DNA of 64,000 nt from Mobula hypostoma (lineage: Eukaryota), in assembly GCF_963921235.1 (NCBI RefSeq), contig NC_086118.1:15192001-15256000 (forward strand). Direction: 5' to 3'. The translations under genes and the position numbers were made by a program. How positions within the stretch are numbered: position 1 is the first letter of the stretch; every line of letters starts with the position of its first letter. The notes beneath the pieces were generated by a model that did not search any database, was not told where the DNA came from, and was given only the letters and a program-made list of their open reading frames with translations. Shown in pieces: positions 23,528 to 36,313 of this stretch.

Positions 23528-23688
23528 CTCTTACTAACTCTTCCTTCAGTTAGTCCTGACGAAGGGTCTCAGCCTGAAATGTCGACTGTACCTCTTCCTA
23601 GAGATGCTGCCTGGCCTGCTGCATTCACCAGCAACTTTGATGTGTGTTGCTTGAATTTCCAGCATCTGCAGAATTCCTGTTGTTTGCA
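23528..23688 (+). mobile_element. Minimal Penelope pLTR insertion with 9-bp TSD
   Basis: ttatataat (23519-23527) and ttatacaat (23689-23697). Matches the PLE terminus. Confidence 0.8.
23551..23588 (+). ncRNA. Minimal type I hammerhead ribozyme motif
   Basis: tagtc CTGACGA agggtctcagcct GAAA t GTC gactg, with stem II agg/cct. Confidence 0.7.
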
Positions 23689-23764
23689 TTATACAATTTA
23701 TTGCTGGATTCCATCTGCCTGAAACTTTACAAGTTTTCACTATGATTCTGAAGTAAGCTTTCAG

Positions 23765-23860
23765 TGCCCTGAAGAAGAGTCTTGTCCCGAAGCATCAACT
23801 GTTTACTCTTTTCCATAGATGCTGCCTGACCCACTGAGTTTCTCCGGCACTTTGTGTGTA
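23765..23860 (+). repeat. Degenerate pLTR fragment
   Basis: ccctgaagaagagtcttgtcccgaagcatcaactgtttactcttttccatagatgctgcctgacc. Confidence 0.7.
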
Positions 23861-24139
23861 AAGCTTTTAGTGATGTGCTCAGAGTAATAGACAGAAACCT
23901 TATTGTTTACAGTGTTTATATAGTCTAATTACCTTACATTTCTATAAATGTTTCCTTTTTGATATTCATCTTCAACCCTTATTTCAAATTCAAATTTGAA
24001 ATAAATTTATTTTATCAAAGCCAACGAGTCTTTCTGTTTAGCACTACAAAACCTATTACAGATTTACAATATCAAACCATTCCAAGATTCAAACAGCTAA
24101 ATCCTCTTAAATATACTGAAAAACATTTAAAGGACCTTA

Positions 24140-24420
24140 TTTTTTATTCATTGCCATCGTGCTGACTTGGCTGTCAAGGCCAGCATTTATTGACTTTGAG
24201 TGTGTGGCTGCGGGCCATCTTGTTGAAATGCTGCAGCCTGTGTGGTAAAGGTGGCCCCACTGTGTTTCCAAGGAGAGTGCTCATGAGTGTTGACCCACAG
24301 CCAGTGAAGGAACAGTGATATATTTCCAGTTCGGGATGGTGTGCAGCTTGGGGGCGAATGGGAGGGAGGTGACAGTCCCTTGTGCCTGCTCTTCCTAGGC
24401 TTTTGATGCACTGCTGCCCT
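24140..24420 (-). mobile_element. Old LINE 3' remnant (CR1/L2 group)
   Basis: caaggccagcatttattg...ttcttgttgaaatgctgcag-like segment with degenerate plus-strand counterparts at ~15450-15650 and ~41000-41415. Confidence 0.45.
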
Positions 24421-24597
24421 TGCTCACACATTAAAGTGAAATAAAACCAGTGTCAGGTTTTGTTGTAGGTTTTTCAACAACCAACGAGAAACATTAATAT
24501 CAAGTTAAGACTAGTTGAAGTAAGGTTATCATTGGATTTAATAGGAGAGTAGCCAAATAAATTCTACATAAATCAAAACTTTTCCTACCATTGACAT

Positions 24598-24945
24598 AAG
24601 AGGTTCTGCAGATGCTGTAAATCTTGAGCAACACACATAAAATGCTGAAGGAACTCAGCAAGTCAGGCAGCATTGATGCTTCAGGCCAAGATCATTTATC
24701 AGGATTGGAAAGGAAGGCAGCAGACGGCAGAGTAAGAAAGTAAGGGGAAGGGAAGGAGTACAAGCTAGCAGGTGATAAGCAAGGGGGAGGGAGGGTAGGG
24801 GAAAGAGGGGGAGGGTAAAATAAGCTGAGAAGGGATAGATGGAAGAGGTTAAGGGCTGAAAAGGAAGGAATCTATTTGGAGAGGGCAGTGGACCATGGAA
24901 TAAAGGGAAAAGGGGGGGGGAACCACAGTGGAAGTGACTCATTGA
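24598..24945 (-). mobile_element. Penelope-like 3' end (pLTR plus purine-rich UTR)
   Basis: tctgcagatgctg...gaactcagcaagtcaggcagcat followed by a G/A-rich tract, as at 42734-43170. Confidence 0.75.
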
Positions 24946-24955
24946 ATTTTATATA

Positions 24956-25490
24956 CAGGTTTCCCCCGCTACGCAAAAGTAGAGTGTTCCTGTGAAACCT
25001 TTCATACGCCGAAATGGCGTAAAGCGAAGAAGCAATTACCATTAATTTATATGGGAAAAAATTTTTGAGCATTCCCAGACCCAAAAAACAACCTACCAAA
25101 TCATACCAAATAGCACATAAAACCTAAAGTAACACTAACATATAGTAAAAGCAGGAATGATATGATAAATACGCAGCCTATATAAAGTAGAAATAATGTA
25201 CGTACAATGTAGTTTCACTTACCAGAATCGGGAAGATGTAGCCAAAACCGATTTGTAGAGGGAAAAATAAAATCGGCACGTACACGCACGTGCACACACC
25301 TGCCTGTGCAAGGCTTCACGGTCATGGTAGACTTTCTCGGGGTAAACACAAGTTTAAAGCGGGCACCTTTTTTCGAAAAAGCGAAAATCCTCTTCGGAAT
25401 TCTTTCAGTTAGCGAAAACAGGTAATAATGTAGGTCTTTCGTAAAAGTGAACTGGCGTAAAGCGAACTTTCGCAAAGCAGGGGACACCTG
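24956..25490 (-). mobile_element. Tigger-derived MITE
   Basis: TA-flanked TIRs caggtttcccccgct...agcaggggacacctg. Both ends are homologous to 10841-12408. Confidence 0.85.
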
Positions 25491-25660
25491 TATATATAAA
25501 ACAGGCCCCACAATCCTGCCCAATTACAGCCATGTGACCAATTAACTATTAACCTGTACTCCTTTGGAAAGTGGGAAGAAACCAGAGCATCCAAAGAAAA
25601 GCCACGTGGTCAGAGGAAGGATGTACAAACTCCTATCACAGCATTATGTTAACCGAAACA
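25491..25660 (-). mobile_element. HE1/V-SINE-like fragment
   Basis: gtgggaagaaaccagagcatcc...gtacaaactcc is the reverse complement of the SINE core. Confidence 0.65.
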
Positions 25661-25767
25661 CAACCATGCAAAGCTCTTAGTTCTTAGAGCTGATCGTTCG
25701 GGTTAACATGGAAGACCCTTCCTGTATACGACTAAATAAAGGTATTTTCTCCACGCCGTACAAAACG

Positions 25768-27250
25768 CTTGAAGAAAGAGGTAGCTGATGAGATTGGGGA
25801 GGAATCATTAGATTCTCAAATAGTTCCAGAGGACTGGAAAATTGCAAATGTCACTCCACTCTTCAAGAAGGGAAGGAGGGTGAAGAAAGGAAATTACAGG
25901 CCACTTTGCCTAAACTCAGTGGATGGGAAGATGTTGGAGTCGATTGTTAAGGATGAGGTTCAGGGTACTTGGAGGGCACATGATAAAATGGGCCAAAGTC
26001 AGCATGGTCTCCTTTAGGAAAAATCTTACCTGACAGTCTGTTGGAATTCTTTGAGGAAATAACAAGCAGGATAAACAAAGGAAAATCGGTGGATGTTGTG
26101 TACTTGCATTTTCAAAAGATCTTTGACAAACTGCCACATATGACGCTGCTTAGCAAGGTAAGAGCCCATGGTATTACAGGAAAAATACTAACATGGGTAG
26201 GGCATTGGCTTATTGGCAGGAGGCAGAGTGGGAATAAAGGGAGCAGTTTCTGATTGGCTGCAAGTGACTTCTGGTGTTCCACAAGGACCAGCATTGGGAC
26301 CACTTCTTTTCCTGTTGTATGTCAATGATTTGGATGACGGGATTGATGGCTTTGTGGCCAAGTTTGTGGATGATACAAAGGTAGGTGGAGGGGTAGGTAG
26401 TGTTGAAGAAATAGAAAGGCTGCAGAAGGTTTAAGACAGATTAGGACAATGGGCAATGAGGTTGTAGATGGAATACAGTGTCAAGAAGTGAGCAGTCATG
26501 AACTTTGGTAGAAGAAATAAAAGTGTTGACTATTTTCTAAATGGGGAGAAAATTCAAACATCATAGGTGCAAAGGGACTTGGTAGTTCTCATACAAGATT
26601 CCCTAATGATTACTTTGCAGGTTGAGAAGGTGGTGAGGAAGGCGAATGCCTTCGAGAGGACTACCATGCATTTCAAGAGGACTAGAATATAAAAGGAAAG
26701 ATGTAAAGCCTCATTTGGAGTATTCAAACAGTTTTTGCCCCTTATCTAAGAAAGAATGTGATGACATTGGAGAGATTCAAAGGAGGTTCACAAAAATGAT
26801 TCTGGGATTGAAAGGCTTATCATATGAGAAGTGTTTGATGGCTCTGGGCCTGTACTCACTTGAATTTCGAAGAATGATGGGGGATTTCATCGAAACATAT
26901 TGAACACTGAAAAGCGCTGATAGAATGGATGTGAAGATGATGTTTCCTGGGGTGTCTAGCACCAGAGGGCACAACTTCAGAATAAAGGGATGTCTATTTA
27001 GAAAAGAGATGATGAGGGATTTCCTTAGCCAGAGGGTGGTGAATATGTGGAATTTGCCGCAGATGGCTAAGGTAGGCAGGTCATTGAGTGTATTTAAGCC
27101 GGAGGTTGATAGATTCTTGATGTCAGGGCATGAAGTTCACAGGGAGAAGGCAGGAGAATGGGGTTGAGAGGGAACTGGATCAGCCATGATCAAACGGTGG
27201 CGCGGACTTGATGGGCTGAATGACCTAATTCTGCTCCAATATCTTAAGGT
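25768..27250 (+). mobile_element. CR1 LINE, 5'-truncated, complete RT region (frameshifted)
   Basis: VPEDWKIANVTPLFKKG..GNYRP, VDVVYL.FQK.FDK, VTSGVPQG, LFLLYVNDLD, KFVDDTK and a CR1 3' tail. Confidence 0.95.
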
Positions 27251-27992
27251 GTATCAGTGTGTAAAATAAAGTAATCAGTCCTTTTTTAAAATTAAAAATT
27301 GCAGTAAGATCTCATCTGGCGATGTGTTTAAAATCAAAGTAAATGGAGAAGCTGTGCAGGAGGCAAAAGACTGGTGTTTACAAAACCTACTGCATACTGT
27401 GTAAGAAGATGAAACTACTGGAAAGTTCAAGATCTCAGGGGCTTCGATGCTTACTCCGTGACAAAGGCACAACTCATCCTTGGTTACAATTCGTTGGTAC
27501 AATCCAGGGACAACATTCCTGTACATAATAATTCACTCATCGAAATAAGAGTGTTAGTTATTAAAACAGGAACTTTAAGCATCCTACTGAACAACAACAG
27601 CTTGCACACGAGCAGCACCTGTGCATATGGTCCGTGAAACAAAACGTCATAGAGGAGAAACCAGTAAAAGGTTGGATGTGGAAAATGATTGGAGGTGATC
27701 TCAATGAAGGCAAGGTGATATCATGAAGGGAACAGAAAGAAACACAAATGTGAAAAGGTTCTCATGCTAAATCAAGACAGTGGACAGAGTTGGGGATTGT
27801 AAGAACGCATGGACTTTCAATTTTTCTACATACCTGGTTAGATTACAAGGGAAACAAGAGAGTATTAGGAAACATGTTCTTGTGAAGTCTGTCAGCAATT
27901 TACATAGGGGGGTGTCCTGCAATTTCAGTATTGTTTTTTGGCTGTTTCATGTAACAAGCTGAGAGAATTAGAGCAAAAGTTTCCCATCTATG

Positions 27993-28705
27993 TGCAAGGG
28001 GTTTCTTCTTTTATGTTACTATGAAGGCTAACAAAATGGCTTCTTTGTTATGTTATAATAACTGCGATGTAAGGAGTTCTTTCTCTCTGCTTGTTTGGGT
28101 TATATTATTGATAAGAGAGAGAACAAACCAATTGGGATAGATGTTATTCTTTCTTGTGTGTCTGTAAGCTATTGTTTTCACGGGCTTTGGGGCAGAAGGT
28201 GCGATGGGGACACAGACAAGAGGCGCGATGGGGACAGAGAGAGGAGACACGATGCTGTAAGCTGGGCGGCGGAATGGACCCCGAGCGGGAGTCCGAGGCC
28301 CAGGGGCTTCAGCGAGGAGAGGAGACGAAGACAGACTTGTGTGGAGCATCTGGTCGACCACCATGGTTGGTCCCAGGCGGCGGGTTGAGGAGGTCGGAGG
28401 GGATTGAATGGTGGAAAGAAGGCTCCATTAATTGAGCTCCAACTGTTGTGCACGAAGTGGTTGAACTTTGATAAGTTTGGCCTTTTACTTTCCTTTTATA
28501 TTTTATCTCTGTTAATTACACTTTAGAGATCTTACTGGAACTATGTACTCATTTAATCGCATATGGTGTATTGCCTGTTATTTGGCGGGGTGTGCTACAT
28601 CACACAGCATCCACACAAACTTGATTATCCAGTTTGGCAGGCCGAAGGCTGCTCCCCCTAGACGAAAATGAGCTGAGCAAGCCTGAGGCTTACCAGGGGG
28701 CTACA
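27993..28705 (+). mobile_element. Solo LTR (Gypsy-like)
   Basis: TG...CA termini (tgcaagggg...ggggctaca) with a 4-bp TATG duplication at 27989-27992 and 28706-28709. CpG-richer interior. Orientation is tentative. Confidence 0.7.
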
Positions 28706-29059
28706 TATGTGTGGAGGTCCCCCTGAAGGGAGGCTAGAATAATGGCAAAGGTCAATCACTGGATTACCAGGATTCAGTTGTAATAATGGCTCACGGCAAA
28801 CTGGGTGTTGCAGATTTTTATATCTGACAACATGCCACATGTTGCTCCTCTCATAAGGCCAGGCCAAAGGGACCAATGGCCAGGTAACGCGGCTGAAATT
28901 GAATCTGGGCTCTGTGTGTTGCTTTGGCATATATGTTAATTGGGAGGACGTGAGGAGATGGGATATAGATTAGGGTTGTAGGAGTATCGGGAGGAGGGGA
29001 TACAAATGCCAGGGTGAGAGGAAGAGATTGGTGGTCAAAAGATTAGCCAGCAGGCATTC

Positions 29060-30465
29060 CTGAATAACTGTGAGATTTAAAGCTGTTGTGGAGTAGTGGT
29101 GGAGGGGATGAAAGTGGGAGGTGTCCAGAATTGAAGTAACTGACCTAACTCCTGGTGCCCCCAACCAGTACAGTAGCTTGGGACTTCACTCCACTTTATT
29201 ATTTAAGAAAGACAGCAGGGATAAGCCAGGCTGGTGGTCCTTACACCATTGGTGGAAATCCAATGGGGTAGGAATGATGTACATTTGAAAAGGGAGGGAC
29301 TGATCAGGCATATTCAGCATGGCTTCGTGCAGGGGAAATTCTGTCTCACTCATTTGATATGAATTTCTTGAAGAGGTAACTGTTTACATCGATGAAGGCA
29401 GTGCATATACGGACTTTAGTAAGGTATTTGATGAGATAGGCTGGTCCCAACAGGTGACCCAAGGTGAACTGGACAGGTGGATCCAAAATTGACTTGGTAA
29501 CAGGAAGCAAAGGGCAGTGATGGAAAGGTAACTTTTCTGATTGGAACTATGTGGCCAGTTGTGAACCATATTGCTTGTGACACATATTAATGACTCAGAT
29601 GTGAATATAGCAGGTATGATGGCAAGTTTTCAGTTGACACAAAAAATGGGTGGTGTGGTGTCCAAGGCTACAGCAGGATATGAATCAGGTGGAAATTTGG
29701 GAAAAGCATTGGCAAAAGGAAGTTAATCCTGATAAGTCTAAGATGATGCATTTGGTGAGTCAAATAAGGGTAGGACATGTAAGTACTTTGACAAACAGAG
29801 GGGCCTCGAGGTTCAAGTCCATAGTTCCCTGAAAGTGGCAACATAGGTAGATAGGGTGGTGAAAAAAAACATATGGCATGCTTCCATTCGTAGCTCAGGG
29901 CACAGAAAATAGTAGTTGAGGCATTACATTTGCGATTCTACAAAATGTTGTGTAGGTCTGGTCACCACACTATAAGCAGGATGTGGGTGTGCTGGAGAAG
30001 TGGGCAGAGGAGATCCACCAGAATGTTGCCTAGATAGGTAGACTTTAGCTATGGAAAGTGACTACATAGCTTGTTTTCTCAAATTTTGATATCACTCCCC
30101 TGACTGATGACCTGAGAGAGACAGATCGTTTAAAGAGGCAAAAAAAGGGTAGATAATTGGGATTTCCCCCCTCCCCCCCAGCCGATAATGGAATCAAAAG
30201 CAAAAAAGGCATAGGTTTAAGGTGAGAAAAAGTTTTAAAATGTATTTGAAGCAGTTTTTTTTGTGCTTTATTTTTACACAGAGAGTTGTTGATATCTGAA
30301 ACTCACTGCCAGACAAATATAATCACTACTCTAAGGAGACATTTAGACAGGCACTTAAATAGGGAAGGCATACAAAGGTAAGGAAATTGGATGAGTGTAA
30401 CTGGGCAAAGAAATTGGCAAGGATGTGATGGGCTAATGCCCACTTTTGTACTGTCCGACTCTGAC
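29060..30465 (+). mobile_element. Highly degenerate CR1 LINE
   Basis: cagcatggcttcgtgcaggggaaattctgtctcact (QHGF..GK.CLT), gactttagtaaggtatttga (DFSK.FD) and a CR1-type 3' end. Confidence 0.8.
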
Positions 30466-31746
30466 TGTGGAGAATTTGTCCCCAAAAGCCCTACATCAGG
30501 CACCCTCATCACAACATCGTAGGTTTTCAGCGAATGGCATAATATCTTGCCTCCCTGACATGGGAAATTGCATTAGGATTGTAAGGGTGACTCATGACAG
30601 GAAATAGCAGCTGAATTTTCTGAATGACATAATGTGATCTAAAAATTATCATGCTTTACTGATGGGAAAATTGATTTTCAATAATATAATAATGAAATAA
30701 ACTACATTAACCTTTGATTTTCCAGCCACAAAGCTTGTTGGCTTTACCAGTCAGAAGATCTAGCATTCAGAATTCCTTAAAGAAAAATGCTACAAAAAAA
30801 AACGAGGGAGAGGGGAGGGAATGGTGGTGGAAGGGTTGTAAAAAAATGACTCCATAGTTTGTGAACTTCCTTTAAAACATCAGTATATCTGAACATTTTG
30901 CTTTGAAGCTCTACTGAATTCTGAATTTTCAATTTTATTTTTCCGTTTTCAATACCAGGGTTAATATGAATGGCTATCCTCTTTGAATCTGAGAGCAACA
31001 AAGTAGAATATTTTCTAACCGCTGAGTAAAGGGAGGAAAGGAGAAGAAAAGGCATTCTGCTATTCTTTCATACAAACCACGAACACCAGCACTGAACCAG
31101 AAACATTAATAAACTGCAATAATGGAATGTTAGCCTTCATCCCATTAAGTCAAGTCAGAAATATTCTACATCTGAAACACAAGAGTTCTGGGCACCAAAC
31201 TTCATGTACATGGCCTTCAAGAATACAATGTGCTTGATTCCTGAATAGAAAGGATGTAGTCATGTGTATTCCCTCAAGTTTAGAAGGGGGTGACACAATT
31301 ATAACAAATAACTGATCTAATACAGGAGAAAGAGGGAAACTGTTTGCTTTAGAGGGAGAAATAAAACAAGAGGACATAATTTTGAAATTAGAACAGCAAT
31401 GCATTCCATCCCTCATCTGTGTTCTATAATCCTAATATCACTGCAATACTACGTTTTAAAAATACCACTTTCCTCACTTAATTATTGGCAATTGAAAATC
31501 TGTGAATTCTGTTTACCAATTAATTAAGCAAAGTATTGAGACCGTACATTTCATGATGTGGAACCTGTCAAAACTGCTTCACAAACGATCAAGTTCTTTC
31601 GAGTACAGTCACCATCATGAAGAAAAACAATAACCAATTTTTAAGAAACTAAAGGTTCAACAACAACTATACTCAGAAACTGCACGTCTCTCCACTAAAT
31701 AACACGGCAGTGCTTTGGGCTGTCAATCAGAATAAGATTTTGATTA

Positions 31747-32004
31747 ATCGAGGGAGAGAGGAAGAGGAGAGCCATCCGCAGTACCACCGATGCAGCAGAG
31801 AGGACCTCAAGATGGCTGTGGCTCAAAAGAGGGGAGCCATGGAGTCATAAGTAGCTAACCATCTGGACACAAGCTGGGGTCTGATCAGCCCCGGCTGGGT
31901 CACTTGGAGGAGGCTGTATGATGTTGAAAGACCCGAAACACCTGATAATTCCAGGAACATCACTGAAGATCTGTCCAGAAGCATCAATAGATGTATGTAC
32001 ACAG
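31747..32004 (+). mobile_element. HERO-clade non-LTR 3' fragment
   Basis: Near-identical to 14912-15168 (IEGERKRRAIRSTTDAAERTSRWLWLKR plus 3' UTR ending gtacacag). Confidence 0.8.
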
Positions 32005-32454
32005 TAACAACAAAGCAGAAATCTGCTAATAATTCAGGCACAAGGTATGTATTTTGTCTCCAAAAATGACTTACTATCTTGTCTACAGGAGCTGAGAAAT
32101 TGTAATGGGAGTACAAACAGGAAACATATAAACTAATAGTCAGGTTAGAAACTTTGCCCAAGCAATTCTAAAAAAAGTTTGGACGGAAAGAGCTCATCTG
32201 CAGAAAGTTAGCTGAAAGGCAACTTTCAGCAATCTCTCACTACTCTAACTACATCAACATGTTCTTGGCATTGGATGAGTTTTCAAAAGTTAACGTGGTG
32301 TTAAGGTTTCAAGTTGTGCTTTGTCAAAACACTGACATCAGTTGACTTCAATGAAATATGCCTGAATCATACCTGATTTCAATGAAACAAGACTGATTAT
32401 CTGTAAGTAGTTTTTTCACATGAGATTGGTGTCTGAGGTGAAAGAGCCACAAGG

Positions 32455-32730
32455 ACGATAGAAAATGGGAGTAAGACTCGGCCATTCAGTCCATCAAGCT
32501 TGTCCTATTATTCAACATGATCAGTGCTGAACTAGCCTCAACTCTCTTCTATGCCATTTCACCATAGCCCTCATTTCCATGATCTTTCAAAAAGATACCC
32601 TCAAAAAGACTTCTTTAGATATGCCCAATGATCAAGGCTCTACAACCCTCTAGGGTTGAAAATTCCAGGGATTCACCACCTCCTGTATAATAAAAGGTCC
32701 TGCATGCCTTCCTTTCAAAAATCTGCCCCG
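32455..32730 (-). mobile_element. Degenerate CR1 3' tail
   Basis: Minus frame FIIQEVVNPWNFQP resembles the CR1 C-terminal F.QRVVN.WN.LP motif. Confidence 0.6.
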
Positions 32731-33299
32731 TAGCCTTCTAACCAACCTTGAAAAGCTGCAGAATCTTAAGCAGCAATTATGATCAACACAAATCAAGTTT
32801 CCACAAGCTTTCTGCCCCAGTTTAAATACACCACTGGCCCCACACATGGTGTTGGTCGAACTCTCCAAGATAAATTAATCATCACGGAAGGCTCCACTAT
32901 AGCTTTTATCTGCAGATATTTGTAAGGAGGACTGCTGAGAAGCAGAAAGTAATCTTTATTTGGCTATTACTGCAAAATAAATATCTTCTTTTTTCATTGC
33001 ATATTTGCAAGTATGTGTGATCTACTCACATAATATTGTTACTTATTAGCAACAGTTCTGTGCCAACCAAAGATAAATTGTCTCATTTGTATCTGTTGAT
33101 GGATTTATAGCAAGAACCCAGGAAAATTAAACGTATGAAAATATTGAATTTTTTTTCTTTCCTTCCTTGCCAAATACCTCTAAAGCATGACTGAGGATTT
33201 GTTCAAACTTTCTGCATAAATACACACTTAAACTGAACACTGCCCTTTGCAGTCTTGCTCCAACCTTAAAGGTAAGAAATAGGAGCAAGTGTAAACTAT

Positions 33300-33510
33300 A
33301 TAGTCCCTTAGTCATCGCTCCTAATCCCCCTCTTATGTAAGCAACCCCATATTCTAAAGCCATACCTCTGGTCTAGATATGCCAGAAGGAGAAACATTCT
33401 CTGAGTATCTACTTTAAATTCCCTCAGAGATACATTTGCTACAGTAAGATCATCTCTTACCAATGAGTATGAACCCAGCCTGCTCAAGTTTTCCTCTTGA
33501 GACAACCAGT
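33300..33510 (-). mobile_element. Degenerate CR1 fragment
   Basis: EENLSRLGSYSL..DDL....L....KVDTQRMF resembles the CR1 ORF2 C-terminus. Confidence 0.6.
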
Positions 33511-34194
33511 TTATCTGAGCAAACAGATTTCCTAATCCTGTTGCTGGTTCTTTTTGAGATCAGAGCTCAAATGAAAAATATTGCTGTTGTTTTCACTCTT
33601 TCTTGCAAATGGAAAGCAAATATTAACATTGCTAAGCTTAAAAGAACATGGTTCTAGTTGCCAGAAATACATGTTCCATTGTTTTCTTATCTTTATCTGA
33701 TGGATATTCCCTTATAATGGCATAACCACTGACACTATCAGAAAAGCAGCATGAAAATAAGCCACATTTTAAAAATTACAGTATTTCTAAATATATTTAA
33801 TACTATAATACTATCAGTATGTATTTTCCTATTTCATTTTCAGCAGCAATGAATCTATTAAAACATAGTAGGAAAATAAAATACAGAAAACTTCCAATTG
33901 CTTTGCAAATTGGAATACAGGTTTAGCAGCAGAACAGTTTCAAATAAGCAGATTTCATCCCGAAAAACATCACCAAGAAATTGAAGACAGCCATCTTTAG
34001 ATGCACTAAAATGTCAGAATCAGAATCAAAATCGTGTTTAATATCACCAGCATATGTCATAAAATTTGTTAACTTTGTTAACCTAACTTATTGATTCACG
34101 TACCCTAACCTTACCCTTTCTGAAGGGTATGTAATGTGTTACATAAGGCACAAGTGCTCTTATGGATCCACTTCTGGGCAAAAATTAATGGAGA

Positions 34195-34722
34195 ATAGTA
34201 TATTCATGAAGAGTCTGAGGAGAATTGGTATGTCACCAAAGACCACTGCAATTCTTTACTGATGTGCCATGGAGAGAATTCTAACTGGTTGCATCACCAT
34301 CTGGTATGGAGAGGTCATGGCACTGAAACGGAAAAAGCTGCGGAAATTTATAAACTCAGCCAGGTCGTTAAGGGTGCTAGCCTCCCCATGATCAAGGACA
34401 CCTTCAAAAGTCAATGCCTCAAAGGAGGCAGCATCCATTAGCAAGAACCCTCATCAGCCAGGACATGCTCTCTTCTTTTAAAATGTGGTGGTGGTGCAGG
34501 AACCTGAAGACAAATGCTTAAGTTTCAGGAACGGCTTCTTCCCCTCTGCCATCAGATTTCTGAATGGACTTTTGAATCCATCAAGACTATTTATTTCTCT
34601 ATTTTTATTTATATGAGTATATACACACGCAAACATACATACTTCTTACTGTATCTTATTGTCTTTTTATTATTATGTATTACAATATACTGCTGCTGCA
34701 AAACAACAAAGTTCATAACATG
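34195..34722 (+). mobile_element. Rex1/Babar LINE 3' fragment (tail resumes ~36314-36345 after Tc1)
   Basis: gagagaattctaactggttgcatcaccatctggtatgga (E.ILTGCITIWYG) and ggcagcatccatt...ccaggacatgctctcttc. Confidence 0.8.
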
Positions 34723-36313
34723 GAGTGCCTATAAAAACTATTCACCTCACCCCTTGTAATTTTTCATGTTCTATTGTTTTACAGCATAGAATCACAGTGG
34801 ATTAAATTAGGCTTTTCTGACACTGATCAACAGAAAGACTCTTTCATGTCAAAGTGAAAACAAGTCTCTACAAAGTGATCTAAATTAATTACAAATATAA
34901 AACACAAAATAATTGATTGCCTCACCCTCTTTAATATTACACACCAAATCACCACTGGTGCAGCTAATTGATTTTAGCAGTCACATAATTAGGTCACCTA
35001 TGTGCCGTCAAGGTGTTTCAGTTGAGTGTTTCACCTGTATCTGGAAGGTCCAACTGCAGGTGAGTCAGTATCCTGGCAAAAACTACACCATGAAGCCAAA
35101 AGAACACCCCAAGCAACTCCACAAAAAGGTTATTGAAAAACACAAGTCAGGAGATGGATACAAGAACTTTTCCAAGTCGCTGAATATCCCTTGGAGTACA
35201 GTTAGGTCAATCATCAAGAAGTGGAAAGAATATGGCACAGCTGTAAATCAGCCTCGTGCAAGCTGAACTCAAAAACTGAGTGACCGTGCAAGAAGGGAAC
35301 TAGTGAGGGAGGTCACCAAGAGACCATGATAACTCTGGAGGAGTTACAAGCTTCAGTGGCTGAGATGGGAGAGACTGCGCGTACAAGAACTGTTGCCTGG
35401 GTGCTTCACCAGTCGCAGCTTTATGGGAGAGTGGCAAAAAGAAAGCAACTGTTGAAAAAAAACTCACATGAAATCTTGGCTTGATGTTGCCAGAAGCCAT
35501 GTGGGAGACTCTGAAGTCAGCTGGAAGAAGTTTCTGTGGTCTGATGAAACCAAAATTGAGCTTTTTTTAGCCATCAGACTAAACACTATGTTTGGCATAA
35601 GCCAAACACCGCACATCATCAAAAACACACCATCTCTACCGTGAAGCATGATGGTGGCTGCACCATGCTCTGGAGATGCCTCACTGCAGCAGGACCGGGA
35701 AGGCTTGTGAAGGTGGAAGGTAAAATGAATATAGCAAAATACATGGAAATCCTGGAGGAAAACCTGATGCAATCTGCAAGAGAACTGCAACTTGGGAGAA
35801 GATTTGTTTTCTAGTAAGTCAATGACTCCAAACGTAAAGCCAAGGCTACACAGGAATGGCTTATAAACAACAAAGTTAATCTCTGGAGTTTGCAAGATGG
35901 AGTCCAGACCTCAATCCAATTGAGGATTTGTGACTGGACTTGAAAAGGGCTGTTCACTCACAATCCCCATGCAATTTGACAGATCTTAAGCAGTTTTGTA
36001 AAGAAGAATGGGAAAAATTGCAGTGTCCAGATGTGCAAAGCTGATAAAGATCTATCCACACAGACTCAAGGCTGTAATTGCTGCCAAAGGTGCATCAACT
36101 AAATACTGACTTGAAGGGGGTGAGTAATTATGCAATCAAATATTTTGTGGTTAATAATTGTAATAAATTTGTAGAAATTAGTTTTCACCTTGACACAAGA
36201 GTCTTTTCTGTTGATTAATATCAAAAAAGAAAAAATAAATCCACTGTGATTAAATGTTATAACATGAAAACTTCTGGGGGCGGGGGGAGGGTGAATACTT
36301 TTTATAAGCACTG
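34723..36313 (+). mobile_element. Tc1-family DNA transposon, near full length (~1.6 kb, long TIRs)
   Basis: TIRs (g/c)agtgcctataaaaactattcacc...ggtgaatactttttataagcactg extending ~200 bp. TA flanks are mutated. Confidence 0.92.
35090..36109 (+). pseudogene. Tc1 DD34E-type transposase pseudogene
   Basis: MKPKEH...GDGYKNFSKSLNIPWSTVRSIIKKWKEYGT paired-like HTH, WSDETKIE, TVKHDGGCTMLWRC, SPDLNPIE and terminal KGASTKY*. Has several stops and frameshifts. Confidence 0.9.

Noticed and set aside
30530..30770. Enhancer-like cluster (TGACTCA, CAGGAAAT, CAGCTG)
   Set aside because: Short motifs are expected by chance, and conservation cannot be assessed here.
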